From the NCBI GenBank assembly GCA_947631025.1, contig CANRKA010000004.1, positions 1-53,266 on the forward strand: 53,266 nucleotides of DNA, written 5' to 3'. Each line of letters opens with the position of its first letter. The first letter of the stretch is position 1. The stretch comes from an uncultured Clostridia bacterium (lineage in GTDB: Bacteria; Bacillota; Clostridia; TANB77; CAG-508). Shown here in pieces: positions 34,095-44,700 of this stretch. The notes under the pieces were generated by a model that saw only the letters and a list, made by a program, of their open reading frames with translations, did not search any database and was not told the origin of the DNA. The position numbers were made by a program, and so were the translations under genes.

Positions 34095-34111
34095 TGTAAT
34101 ATTTTTGTAAC
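34095..34111 (+). promoter_or_regulatory. WalR-like box upstream of the Tad-like operon
   Basis: TGTAAT-ATTTT-TGTAAC. Confidence 0.45.
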
Positions 34112-34163
34112 ATTTTGCTTATTGGTAAAATAATGACAAAAAAATAGAAGTGAGATTATACTT

Positions 34164-35057
34164 TTATCTCTCACTTCCCATCTCTTTATTTACGTACTTA
34201 TTTATAACTTTTGCTACGCCATCATTATTATTATCATCTGTAACAACATCTGCAATTTGTTTTATTTTTGGATTGCTTTGTCCCATTGCAACACCTAATC
34301 CTGCATATTTTATCATCTTTTCATCATTCATATTATCGCCTATTGCTATAACTTCACTTTTATCTATATTTTCTTTTTCAATAATTTTTAAAATTGAATT
34401 CCATTTATCAGCATCTTTTTTTGTTATTTCTGTATAAAAATATTCTACGGGTGTTTGTTTTGTTCCTTCTTTAATTATCTTTCTAGACATATGTGATACT
34501 TCTAAAACATCTATACCTTTTATATTATTAAATTTCTTCATTATACTTGAAAAAACTATTTTATTATTATCACATATTGTCATTTTAAGAAAATGTTTAT
34601 TTTGAGATTGTTTAATATATTCATACACATTTTCTACTATATTAATATTTGTTCTATTTTCAGAATTTTTTTTGCTATTTTCATAATTATAAAAAGCTAC
34701 ATTATATTTTAATGCTTTTGCAATTACCATATCTTCTGTATATATATTATAATATATACTATTTTCGTCACATATTTTTACTAATTCTAATACTTTTTCT
34801 TTTTCCATAAAATCTTCATATTCTAATTTTTCTTCTTTTATATTATATAAAAGAGAGCCATTTCCGGAAATATAGTAATTACAATTTCCTATTTCTTTTG
34901 CAATATTTTCTACAGAATCTCCTATTCTTCCAGATGCTAATACTATTATTATTCCTTTTTCTATTGCTTTTTGTAATGCTTTTTTATTTTCAAAACTTAC
35001 TTCTCCGTAGGAATTTAGAAGCGTTCCATCTAAATCTATTGCTATTAATTTATACAT
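34164..35057 (-). CDS. Cof-type HAD-IIB hydrolase
   Basis: DLDGTLL, ASGR, GDNMND, DGVA motifs. Confidence 0.95.
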   Translation of the reverse strand: MYKLIAIDLDGTLLNSYGEVSFENKKALQKAIEKGIIIVLASGRIGDSVENIAKEIGNCNYYISGNGSLLYNIKEEKLEYEDFMEKEKVLELVKICDENSIYYNIYTEDMVIAKALKYNVAFYNYENSKKNSENRTNINIVENVYEYIKQSQNKHFLKMTICDNNKIVFSSIMKKFNNIKGIDVLEVSHMSRKIIKEGTKQTPVEYFYTEITKKDADKWNSILKIIEKENIDKSEVIAIGDNMNDEKMIKYAGLGVAMGQSNPKIKQIADVVTDDNNNDGVAKVINKYVNKEMGSER

Positions 35058-35296
35058 ATTATTCCCTCCAAATTTTTATATATTATTTATATATATGTTT
35101 TCTAAAATTGTCAAATTGGATTTAATTTGTAGAATGTAGGAAATAAAATTTGCCATTTAACTTACATCTAAATTAAAAATTTTCAAAAAATTACCAGAAT
35201 ATAATTTTAAAATTTACAAATTATATGTATTAGAAAAAGCAAATTTGTTTTTTCTTTTATAAGCTAAAATAATCATTCCTAGGAGGTGAAATAATA

Positions 35297-35488
35297 ATGG
35301 CAAATTCAAGAAAAGTAGTTCCAGAAGCTATGACAGCTTTAGATAAATTCAAATATGAAGTAGCTAGTGAAGTTGGTGTTAACTTAAAAGATGGATACAA
35401 TGGTGATTTAACTTCTAAAGATGCTGGTAAAATCGGTGGACAAATGGTTAAAAAATTAATAGAACAAGCTGAAAGAAATATGAAATAG
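35297..35488 (+). CDS. Alpha/beta-type small acid-soluble spore protein
   Basis: VPEA..ALDKFKYEVASEVGV..GDLTSKDAGKIGGQMVK; AGGAGGTGA RBS. Confidence 0.96.
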   Translation: MANSRKVVPEAMTALDKFKYEVASEVGVNLKDGYNGDLTSKDAGKIGGQMVKKLIEQAERNMK

Positions 35489-35648
35489 TTTATAATTTGT
35501 TAAAAATTTATTTTTTACAAATACTGTTTATAACATGAAATATTACGTTTCTTAGAAAATATAATTTTTCTATTAAAGAATTTTAATCTATAGTTATTAA
35601 TGGCAGAAAGTTAAATTTTGCTTTTATATATTTTATTTATAAAATACA

Positions 35649-35677
35649 TAAAGGCAGGATTTGATTTCCTGCCTTTA
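35649..35677. terminator. Bidirectional terminator
   Basis: TAAAGGCAGGA-tttgatt-TCCTGCCTTTA between the convergent SASP and PBP genes. Confidence 0.7.
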
Positions 35678-35689
35678 CTTTTGTAATTA

Positions 35690-38117
35690 TTAATTGTCTG
35701 TATTATTAGAAATTTCACTATCTACATCATTTGTTTTATTTTGTGTGCTTGCATTGTTTGTTGTTTTGTCTGTTGTAGTATTTTTATTTGTATTTGTTGT
35801 ATTATTAGTATTGTTATTTTTTTTATTTGAATTTGAATTACTATTTTGTTTTTCCGTATTTTGTGTAGTTTTATTTACTACATTATTTTCTTTTATTTCA
35901 TTTTTTTCTAATGTTTCTTCTGTTTTTGTTTCATTTTGTTTTGTTTCATTTGTTATTGTATTTGTTTTAGTTGTAGTTTTTATGCTCTCTTTATGTTCTT
36001 TACATTTACCTGGAACTGTTCCAAATAAGTAGTATTCTGTGTATGTGTTTGGACATTCTTCTGTTGCAACACATCCTGTATCTTTACATATTGTAGCTGT
36101 TTTTACTCCGCTAGGAATTTCAAATTTAGCTTTCTTTAATTTTGAATGTATTTTTTTCATTGTTTCAGACCATAAAACACCTGCAGGATTATTACCATTA
36201 AAGTTTATCGTTTCATTCATATCAAAACCATACCATGTTGCTGCAGTATAATAATTTGTAAATCCACATAGCCATCTATCATAGTTTTCGTTTGTTGTCC
36301 CTGTTTTGGCAGCTACATCCATTCCAGAAATTGCGCAATAATTTGCTGTTCCATTTGAGCCTTCAACAGGTTGTTTTAATAAATCTTTAATTATATAAGC
36401 CACTTCTTTAGAAAATACTTTTCTTTGTTTTTGTTTTGTTTTTAATATATCTTCTCCACTACTATTTGTTACTCTTGTATAAAATGTTGGCTCTATATAT
36501 ACTCCATTATTTGCAATTGTAGAATAACCTGCTGCCATTTCTAGTGGGCTTACTCCTTTTTCTTCTCCCCCTAAAGATAACGCTAAATTATTATCTTTTT
36601 GTGTTAAATTTTTAATTCCCATTTTCTTTAAATATTTTATAGATGTTTTAGGTTTTATTTCTTCCATTATTTTTACAAATGGAATATTTTGTGAAGATTC
36701 TACTGCTCTTCTAACAGTTATTTTTCCTTGATAAGAATCATAATCTCCTGGTGCATATTCTGTTCCATCTATATTTGTAAAGGTTGTAGCACTATCATCA
36801 TAAATACTTGAGGCTGTTATTTTTCTTTTAGATATTGCTGGTGCTAATACAGCTAATGGCTTACTTGCAGAACCTGTTTGCCTTAAGCTCATTGTTGCTC
36901 TATTAAATTCTCTTGCTTTAGTTTTTTTCCCTAATCCTCCGCACACAACCTACTACTTGTCCATTTTGATGATTCATTACTACCATTGCAGATTGAGACG
37001 TTTCACCTTTTTGCTGTTTAGAATTTAGCACATATTTTTCCTTTTCAAATTCATTTTCTAAATCTTCTTGTATGCTAGAATCTTGAGTTCCGTAGATTTT
37101 TAATCCTCCCATACATAAATAATTTTCTGCAAATTCTTTACTTATATGTTTTTTATCTTGTAATTCAGATATAACCTCTGTAATTAAAGCATCCGTATGG
37201 TAAGAATATACTCCATTGCTTTTTGTTTCAATTTCTCCATTTCTAAAATTTAGTCCATCTTCTACTTGTTTTACTGCTTCATTATACTCATTTTGATTTA
37301 TATATTTTTGGTCTAACATTTCGCTTAAAACTAATTTTGTTCTTTTATTAATCTTTTCTGAATTGTCTTTTTCCCTAAATGGATTATAAGAATTTGGAGA
37401 ATGATTTAGTGCAGCTAAATATGCACATTCGGCTGTTGAAAGTTCATTAACTTCTTTATTAAAATAATATTTTGCTCCTGCCCCTACTCCGTAAACATTT
37501 GGTCCAACATATATTGCATTTAAATATGTTTGTAAAATTTCATCTTTTTCAAAAAAACATTCTAATTCAAAAGCCATTGCCCATTCTTTTACTTTTCTTG
37601 TAATACTGCTTGAATTATCTCCTGTCATATTTTTTACTAATTGTTGTGTTATTGTACTACCACCAAAAGATGATGAACCTTTATGAAATATATATGAGCC
37701 TATTGCTGCTGTTGTTCTTTTAATATCAACACCATGATGCTTGTAATATCTTTGATCTTCTATTGCAACATATGCATTTTTTAAATTTTCCGGAATTTCA
37801 TTTAGTTTAACATTAATTTGTTTTCTCTCACTACCAATTTCAGCTATTACATTCCCGTTTAAATCTAAAACTTGAGAGTTAATATTTTTCATCATATCTG
37901 TTGAAATTTTTTTCCAATTATTTATTGCCAAAGCACTTATAACTGCTAAAATAAATATTGCAATAAATATTATAATTAATATTATTCTTTTAAAAATCTT
38001 AAATTTTGAACTTTTAGGTTCTACTTCTTCAATATTTTGTTTTCTATTTTTTCTTTTTTTGCTTTTTTGATGTGTTTTTGCTCTATTTGCTTTTTCTTTT
38101 TCGCGTCTACGTGGCAA
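35690..38117 (-). CDS. Class A penicillin-binding protein (PBP1A family), 808 aa with +1 shift at CGG 36939-36941
   Basis: Transglycosylase (EDQRYYKHHG, GSTITQQLVKN) joined via GCV-G-GLG to transpeptidase (SASK, SQN, KTGT); Asn/Thr-rich tail. Confidence 0.92.
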
Positions 38118-38188
38118 TTAATGTTCCTCCTTGTAAAGATTTTTTTAAAATAAGGAAAGGGTTTTACTTATCTACGCATTTCTCATAT

Positions 38189-38884
38189 TTATTTTTTTCT
38201 TATTAGTATTAATGGTGTTTGCTGTTTACCTTGTCCTGTTGGGTTATCACTTATTAATGTTTTTAAATCTTCTTCTGATAATTCTATATCATCGGATTTA
38301 CCTAAAATTTCTTGTCCTAAATCGTTTGCATCTACTATCATTGTACTTATTCCTAATTTATCTTTTATTTCATTACATACACCTATTGGATTATCTGGCA
38401 TTTGTATACCTATGTCTCTATATTCTGACCAAACATGGTCATAAAAACCATCTAGCCCAGATACTTCTTGTCCAACAATTTCGTAAAATACTCCTTTTTT
38501 ACCAAATAATTTAGTAATAGCACTTGCTATAGATGCCCATAAAACTTTTAGTAGACCAACTTGATCTATTGCGTATTGCATTTTTATTGTTTCTCCTACT
38601 CCTACTCCTGTGTCTGGATGTGATGCAAATTTAGATAAAAATTTTGCCCAAAATCCTATTTTTATATCTTCTCTTTTTACTATCCTATTTTGGCATAAAG
38701 CTATAATCTTTTCGCTACTAGATACTATATCTCCTTCTTGATATATAGGACTAATATATTCTTTAAACAAGTCTATATAGCTATCTCCTTGTTTTACAAA
38801 TCTTGTTTTTATTGCATATCTTAAATATGTGTCTTCTCCTATTTTCATTTCTAAATTTTTTCCCTCGTTTGCTTTTAATTCCAT
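38189..38884 (-). CDS. CofE-like (F420-0:gamma-glutamyl ligase family) protein
   Basis: GDIVSSSEKIIALCQNR, IVDANDLG, DNPTGQGKQQTPLILIR resemble the CofE-fold family. Confidence 0.7.
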   Translation of the reverse strand: MELKANEGKNLEMKIGEDTYLRYAIKTRFVKQGDSYIDLFKEYISPIYQEGDIVSSSEKIIALCQNRIVKREDIKIGFWAKFLSKFASHPDTGVGVGETIKMQYAIDQVGLLKVLWASIASAITKLFGKKGVFYEIVGQEVSGLDGFYDHVWSEYRDIGIQMPDNPIGVCNEIKDKLGISTMIVDANDLGQEILGKSDDIELSEEDLKTLISDNPTGQGKQQTPLILIRKK

Positions 38885-38952
38885 AATTTCCCTCCTATTT
38901 ATATTCTATACCCGCTTCCAGAGATACTATATTAAAATATTATAAATAAAAT

Positions 38953-40395
38953 TTATATACGAATAAATTTGTCTTTCAACTTGCTGATCACTACATACAA
39001 GTTTTCATCTTTTAAAAATAGTAAAATTCCTATGTATGTTAGACCTCCAAATACTATTTGTAAAATAATAGATAATATTCCTACATTTATAAATAATTTT
39101 ACAATAAAGCATACTATAAACATTATAATAGATGCAAATAAATAGTTTATTCCAGTTTTTAGCATTTCTCTAATATTAATTTCTTTTCTTACATAATAAA
39201 TTTGCAAAATATCTACTATTAACTGTGAAATTACTGTTGCAATAGATGCTCCAATAGAATTCCATAATTTTATAAGTATTATATTTAATGTAAAATTTGC
39301 AACCAAGCCGCAAGAAACAGCTATTGTATATTCCTTTTGTTTTCTACTTGGTAACAAGTATTGATTACCTACAACATTTGCTATTCCCATTAATATTAAT
39401 ATAGGCGAAATTATTTTTATTAATATAGAAACTTTTTCATACCCATTTCCAAAAAATATTGGTACAAATTGGTCTGAAACACTTATTATTCCAAACGTTA
39501 TTGGAAATGCTAAAAAGAACACAAAACTAAATGATCTTTTCATATAATAATTTATTTTACTTTTGTCTCCAGATGCAAATGTACTTGCCATTCTTGGAAT
39601 CATAACAATTCCTAGCGAAGAGACAATTGTAAGTAGTATTCTTATAACTTTTTGTCCTTGTTCATAATATCCTACTTCTGTTTTATTTTCTAACATTGCA
39701 CCTATCATTGTTTTGTCTAGCATATTATATATTTGATCTGTTATTTGTGGTATAAATAATAAAATTATTGCATATGCATGCTTAAATACATTTATATTTT
39801 TTACTTTTATTCCTTTAAAGTATTTAGGTAAGTATAACCATAAAGATAAATTACCTAATAAATCTGCTATTGCGTATATATATAGATATTTTTGTAAATC
39901 ATTTGGATTTTTTACTAAAATAAAAATTAGTGTAACACTTACTAGTCTTACTGCTATATTTCTTGTAACAGTTTTTTTAAACTCTTCTAATCCTTGAAAA
40001 AACCAGCTTATATCAAATGCTGTTGCAATTAGTTCTATAAGCCAAATTTTATAGTATATTCCATATGGATCCGAATTTATAAAAAAAACACAATATACAG
40101 CAATTGCAATTGTTAGTGTAATTAATCTAAATAAAATTAATTCCCAAAAAACTTTATTTCTTTTTTCTTTGTTTTCTCCCACATATGCAATTTCTCTTTT
40201 TCCATATAGGGCAATTCCTAATTGTCCAAATAGTAGAAAATAAGAAAGTATTGAATATGTATAACTATATATTCCTATTCCTTCTGCTCCAAGTACTCTA
40301 GAAACATATGGTGTTGTAATTAATGGTAGAATTAAAGTTAATATTTGATATGTTAAATTATAAAAGTAATTTTTTGCTATACTTTTTTTTGCCAA
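38953..40395 (-). CDS. Wzx-type polysaccharide flippase
   Basis: KNYFYNLTYQILTLILPLITTPYVSRVLG, LDKTMIG; highly hydrophobic, 480 aa. Confidence 0.92.
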   Translation of the reverse strand: MAKKSIAKNYFYNLTYQILTLILPLITTPYVSRVLGAEGIGIYSYTYSILSYFLLFGQLGIALYGKREIAYVGENKEKRNKVFWELILFRLITLTIAIAVYCVFFINSDPYGIYYKIWLIELIATAFDISWFFQGLEEFKKTVTRNIAVRLVSVTLIFILVKNPNDLQKYLYIYAIADLLGNLSLWLYLPKYFKGIKVKNINVFKHAYAIILLFIPQITDQIYNMLDKTMIGAMLENKTEVGYYEQGQKVIRILLTIVSSLGIVMIPRMASTFASGDKSKINYYMKRSFSFVFFLAFPITFGIISVSDQFVPIFFGNGYEKVSILIKIISPILILMGIANVVGNQYLLPSRKQKEYTIAVSCGLVANFTLNIILIKLWNSIGASIATVISQLIVDILQIYYVRKEINIREMLKTGINYLFASIIMFIVCFIVKLFINVGILSIILQIVFGGLTYIGILLFLKDENLYVVISKLKDKFIRI

Positions 40396-40580
40396 TTTCT
40401 ACTTTCTCCTAACTTATTTTTTTACAAATACAATATATCATTTAATTTACTTTTATGCAATAGGATTTTGGTTATAAGTTTTTGCCTAAAAGGTATTTAG
40501 TTGTAATCTTACAAAGATAAAATATTTTGCTATAAGCCCTGCCATATAATCTGCTTAAGATATGATTAATTAAAGCAACT

Positions 40581-40626
40581 AAAAAAAAGTAGTAAATTGT
40601 GTCTTTTACAATTTACTACTTTTTTT
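40581..40626 (-). terminator. Rho-independent terminator of hpf
   Basis: AAAAAAAGTAGTAAATTGT...ACAATTTACTACTTTTTTT. Confidence 0.75.
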
Positions 40627-40628
40627 AC

Positions 40629-41159
40629 TTATTCTTCTGGAACTACAATTCCATAATTTTTACTTTCTTTTAATTTGTAAATTACATTTACTTTTCCTGT
40701 TTCTATATTTATAAATGCTAAAAATTTATCATTTGGTTTTTCTTGTAGTTTAAGTTTTGCATCATCTATTCCCATTGGTCTTATAGAGTAGTATATTTCT
40801 TTTATAACTTCGTCTTCTATTTCAACTGCCTTAGTTTGCATTTCTTGTTTTGCAATTGAAGATGCATCTCTGTACATTTTTTCTTTCTTTGTTTTATATT
40901 TTCTAATTTGTCCTTCTAATATATCTATATCTTTGTCTATTGCTGCATATAAATCCTTGTGTGCTGTAACTGCTTTATATAAATCACCTTTTACAGAAAC
41001 TCTAATTTCTGCAACTTTTTCTTTTCCTTCACATTTTGCAGTTGCTACAACATCAAATTCATCTTCAAAATATTTTTCAATCCTTTCCATCTTTTTTTCT
41101 ACATATGCTCTTATAGCATCTGTAATTTCTAAATCTTTACCTGTTATTTTTATATTCAT
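40629..41159 (-). CDS. hpf: Ribosome hibernation promoting factor (long HPF/RaiA)
   Basis: MNIKITGKDLEITDAIRAYVEKK, DLYAAID, QIRKYKTK, C-terminal VNVIYK..YG. Confidence 0.93.
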   Translation of the reverse strand: MNIKITGKDLEITDAIRAYVEKKMERIEKYFEDEFDVVATAKCEGKEKVAEIRVSVKGDLYKAVTAHKDLYAAIDKDIDILEGQIRKYKTKKEKMYRDASSIAKQEMQTKAVEIEDEVIKEIYYSIRPMGIDDAKLKLQEKPNDKFLAFINIETGKVNVIYKLKESKNYGIVVPEE

Positions 41160-41288
41160 AAAATCAGCTCCTCTCTAAATTTGCTCTTTTGTAAAATTTT
41201 CTAGTTATATATTTATTATAATTGTTTATCATCTTTTTTGCAAGTATATTTTTTTTGCTTATACATATATTTATGTAGGAGGTCTTAT

Positions 41289-42278
41289 ATGAATAAAAAA
41301 TATAAATTAGCTATTGTTGGTGCTACTGGCGTTGTTGGCAGAACAATTCTTAAAGTTTTAGAAGAGGAAAACTTAGCTATTTCTGAGTATAAGTTTTTTG
41401 CCTCTAAAAAGTCAGCTGGTTCTACTATTAATTTTTTAAACGAAGAATATGTTGTTAATGAACTTAACACTTCTTCTTTTGATGAAGGATTTGATTTTGC
41501 TATTTTTTCTGCTGGTGGTGAAACTGCTCTAAAATATGCACCTATTGCAGCTTCTAAGGGTTGCCGAGTAATTGACAATAGTAGTGCTTTTAGAATGGAT
41601 TTTAATGTTCCTTTGGTTGTTCCAGAAGTAAATGCTAATGCTATTTCTGCTTCAGATAAAATTATTGCTAATCCAAATTGCTCTACAATTCAAGCTGTGG
41701 TTCCTTTAAAAGCTTTAGATGATAAATTTTGTATTAAAAGAGTTGTTTATACAACATACCAAGCCGTTTCTGGAGCTGGAAGAAATGGTATTTTAGATTT
41801 AGAAAATGGAAGAAAAGGAATTTCAACACTTAAAAAATTTCCACATCCTATTTATGATAATTGTCTACCACATATAGATGTATTTTTAGATAATGGATAT
41901 ACAAAAGAAGAAGAAAAAATGATTAATGAAACTAGAAAGATTCTAAATAAACCTTCTTTAGCAGTTACAGCAACATGTGTAAGAGTTCCTGTAACAAACA
42001 GTCATAGTGAGGCTATTAATGTTGAATTTGAAAAAAGCTTTGATATTGAATATGTTAAAGAAATTCTTTCTAGCACAAAAGGTATTATTCTTCAAGATGA
42101 TCCTTTAAATAATATTTATCCTTTGGCTACAAATGCATCTGGACATAATGAAATTTTTGTTGGAAGAATTAGAAGAGATTATAGTGTTAAAAACGGAATT
42201 AATTTGTGGGTTGTTGCAGATAATATCCGCAAAGGTGCAGCTACTAATGCTGTTCAAATTTTAAAACACCTGCTTTAA
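41289..42278 (+). CDS. asd: Aspartate-semialdehyde dehydrogenase
   Basis: GATGVVG, IDNSSAFRM, IANPNCST, YQAVSGAG, DNIRKGAATNAVQI. Confidence 0.97.
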   Translation: MNKKYKLAIVGATGVVGRTILKVLEEENLAISEYKFFASKKSAGSTINFLNEEYVVNELNTSSFDEGFDFAIFSAGGETALKYAPIAASKGCRVIDNSSAFRMDFNVPLVVPEVNANAISASDKIIANPNCSTIQAVVPLKALDDKFCIKRVVYTTYQAVSGAGRNGILDLENGRKGISTLKKFPHPIYDNCLPHIDVFLDNGYTKEEEKMINETRKILNKPSLAVTATCVRVPVTNSHSEAINVEFEKSFDIEYVKEILSSTKGIILQDDPLNNIYPLATNASGHNEIFVGRIRRDYSVKNGINLWVVADNIRKGAATNAVQILKHLL

Positions 42279-42335
42279 AATTTGAAAATTATATTTTTGT
42301 TTTATTTTAGTACTGTTGTTAGAAAGGATGATTTT

Positions 42336-43212
42336 ATGAAAAATATTATTTTTAAAGGAGTTGGTACTGCTATTGCTACACCTTTTAATGAAACTGGTGT
42401 TAATTTTGAAGAATTTGGAAAGTTAATAGACTGGCAAATTAGCGAAGGTGTAAATAGTATTATTGTGTGTGGTACTACTGGCGAATCTTCTACTATGAGT
42501 AATTATGAAAAAATGGAAACTATAAAATTTGCTGTAAATAGAGTTAATAATAAAGTTCCAATTATTGCTGGAACTGGAGGTAATAATACTAAAAGCGTAA
42601 TAGAACTTTCACAATATGCACAAAAAGTAGGTAGTAATGCTTTATTAATTGTTACTCCTTATTACAATAAAACTACACAAAAAGGACTAATAGAGCATTA
42701 TACAAAAATAGCAGAAAGTGTTAATTTACCTATCATTTTATATAACGTTCCTAGCAGAACCGGCTTAAACATTGAACCACAAACCTGTTTAGAACTTTCT
42801 AAAATTCCTAATATTGTTGCAATAAAAGAAGCAAGTCGGCAATATCTCTCAAGTTGCAAAAATTGCTCAGCTATGTGGAGATAATTTAAATATATATTCT
42901 GGAAATGATGACCAAATATTACCTGTTTTATCTTTAGGTGGATTAGGTGTTATTTCTGTTTTATCTAATATAAAACCTAAATTTACAGTTGATATTGTTA
43001 ATAATTTCTTTAGTGGGAATTTTAATATAGCTAAAGATATGCAATTAAAATCCTTACCTCTTATAGAAAGTTTATTTTCTGAGGTTAATCCTATACCTGT
43101 AAAAGAAGCATTAAATATAATTGGTTATAATTTTGGAATTCCTCGTCTTCCTTTAGTAAAACTAAGTGAGACTAAAAAAGAAATTTTGGAAAAAGAAATT
43201 AATATAATTTAG
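42336..43212 (+). CDS. dapA: 4-hydroxy-tetrahydrodipicolinate synthase, 291 aa with +1 shift at CGG 42837-42839
   Basis: [19 protein letters not shown]; AIKEAS-G-NISQ..YSGNDD..GVISV..NPIPVK..PRLPL read in the +1 frame to TAG 43212. Confidence 0.94.
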
Positions 43213-43263
43213 TTATATTTTTTAATTTATATTATAGAAAATTTAGGAGCTTTTCTATAATAT

Positions 43264-43296
43264 AAAAAATGGGTTACTCATGTAACCCATTTTTTT
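43264..43296. terminator. Bidirectional terminator
   Basis: AAAAAATGGGTTAC-tcat-GTAACCCATTTTTT between convergent dapA and the cyclophilin gene. Confidence 0.8.
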
Positions 43297-44056
43297 ATTG
43301 TATTGATCCACCGTATAATTGATTCATATATGATGTATAATCAAAAGGTTTTACAGTTTCTGGTGTTCCATAATCTATTCCATTTGTTTCTACTCTAATG
43401 CTTGATATAACAGGTGCATTAACTGGAGTACTTGCTTCTTCTCCCTCTTCTTCTGCTGGCTTAACTTCTGTATTATTTAGTTTTTCTAATATATCCCATC
43501 CATCTATTACTTTTCCAAATGCAGCATAAGAACCATTTAAACTTGCATTATCTTTTGTCATAATAAAAAATTGTGACCCAGCTGAATTATATCCTTCTTC
43601 TGTTAATCCCATTTGACTATAATCACTTCTTGCCATTGCAATTACGCCCTTTTCAAATCTTATATCATTATCATAGAAGTTATTTAAAACAAATTCCCCT
43701 TTTATAGCATATTTTTCTTCTGAGTCTCCCTCATTTAATTTATTAAGTGTAGGTGAACCTGAACCTGTTCCTTCTGGATCTCCTCCTTGTACCATAAAAT
43801 CTTTTACTATTCTATGATATGTTAATCCATCATAAAATCCATTATTAGCAAGTTTTATAAAGTTTGTAACTGTATTTGGTGCTTTATCTGGATATAACTC
43901 TAATTTTATTATTCCTACATCTTTTATTTCCATTGTAACAATTGGATTTTGCTGTTTTACTGTTATTTTTTTATAATATCCAAATCCTACCATTCCTATT
44001 AAAACTAAAACTATTATTATTGCTAAAATTGTTATAATTGTTGTACCTTTCTTCAT
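43295..44056 (-). CDS. Cyclophilin-type peptidyl-prolyl isomerase, membrane anchored
   Basis: APNTVTNF, FYDGLTYHR, QGGDP, SAGSQFFI, YAAFGKV. Confidence 0.94.
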   Translation of the reverse strand: MKKGTTIITILAIIIVLVLIGMVGFGYYKKITVKQQNPIVTMEIKDVGIIKLELYPDKAPNTVTNFIKLANNGFYDGLTYHRIVKDFMVQGGDPEGTGSGSPTLNKLNEGDSEEKYAIKGEFVLNNFYDNDIRFEKGVIAMARSDYSQMGLTEEGYNSAGSQFFIMTKDNASLNGSYAAFGKVIDGWDILEKLNNTEVKPAEEEGEEASTPVNAPVISSIRVETNGIDYGTPETVKPFDYTSYMNQLYGGSIQ

Positions 44057-44108
44057 TTTTTTATTTCCTCCTTTGAATTTTTATTTATTAAATCTTATTT
44101 AATAAATT

Positions 44109-44633
44109 TCATAATTTATTTGAATCTCCATTATAATTTATATCTTCATTTTTTATAATATAAATCCAAGAATATTCTTTAGGCTCTAATGTTATATTCA
44201 AATCTAGATTACTTTCATTTGGTAGCTCCTCTTTTGTTGGTACATAATCTTCTATTCCAAAATCTTTTAAAGTATGTTTTCCATCTATTCCTTTTACACC
44301 ATATATTTGTAATGTTTCGAAATTAACATACATTGCATCTATTGAATTTGCTAATCCTATCTCGTTAAAATCTGCTTCTGTTTTTAATTCATATTCGTAC
44401 GAAATTCCGTCTATTTGCTGAGCACTTTCCATTGGTGTTAAATTAAGGTAAGTATAATCGTCTTTATGCATTCTTACAGCTTCTTGCACTTCTTTTAATT
44501 GGCTTATATATCTTTGCTGCGCAGATTTTTGTATTGTATCATATCCTACATATACTGCAGAAGTAGATAAAATTAATAAAACTATTATTGTTATTACCAA
44601 TACAACCAGTGTTATGCCTTTATTTGTATTCAT
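44109..44633 (-). CDS. Type IV pilin-like protein (class III signal peptide)
   Basis: MNTNKG|ITLVVLVITIIVLLIL. Confidence 0.75.
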   Translation of the reverse strand: MNTNKGITLVVLVITIIVLLILSTSAVYVGYDTIQKSAQQRYISQLKEVQEAVRMHKDDYTYLNLTPMESAQQIDGISYEYELKTEADFNEIGLANSIDAMYVNFETLQIYGVKGIDGKHTLKDFGIEDYVPTKEELPNESNLDLNITLEPKEYSWIYIIKNEDINYNGDSNKL

Positions 44634-44700
44634 TTTTCACCTTCTTTTGTTTTTTAAATTTACTTATGTATTTTTTTATTAACTTGTTTGAATTATACAA

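Noticed and set aside
35700-35990. Asn/Thr-rich low-complexity stretch as a repeat array
   Set aside because: It is the disordered C-terminal tail of the PBP, which is common in class A PBPs; there is no regular unit or spacer structure.
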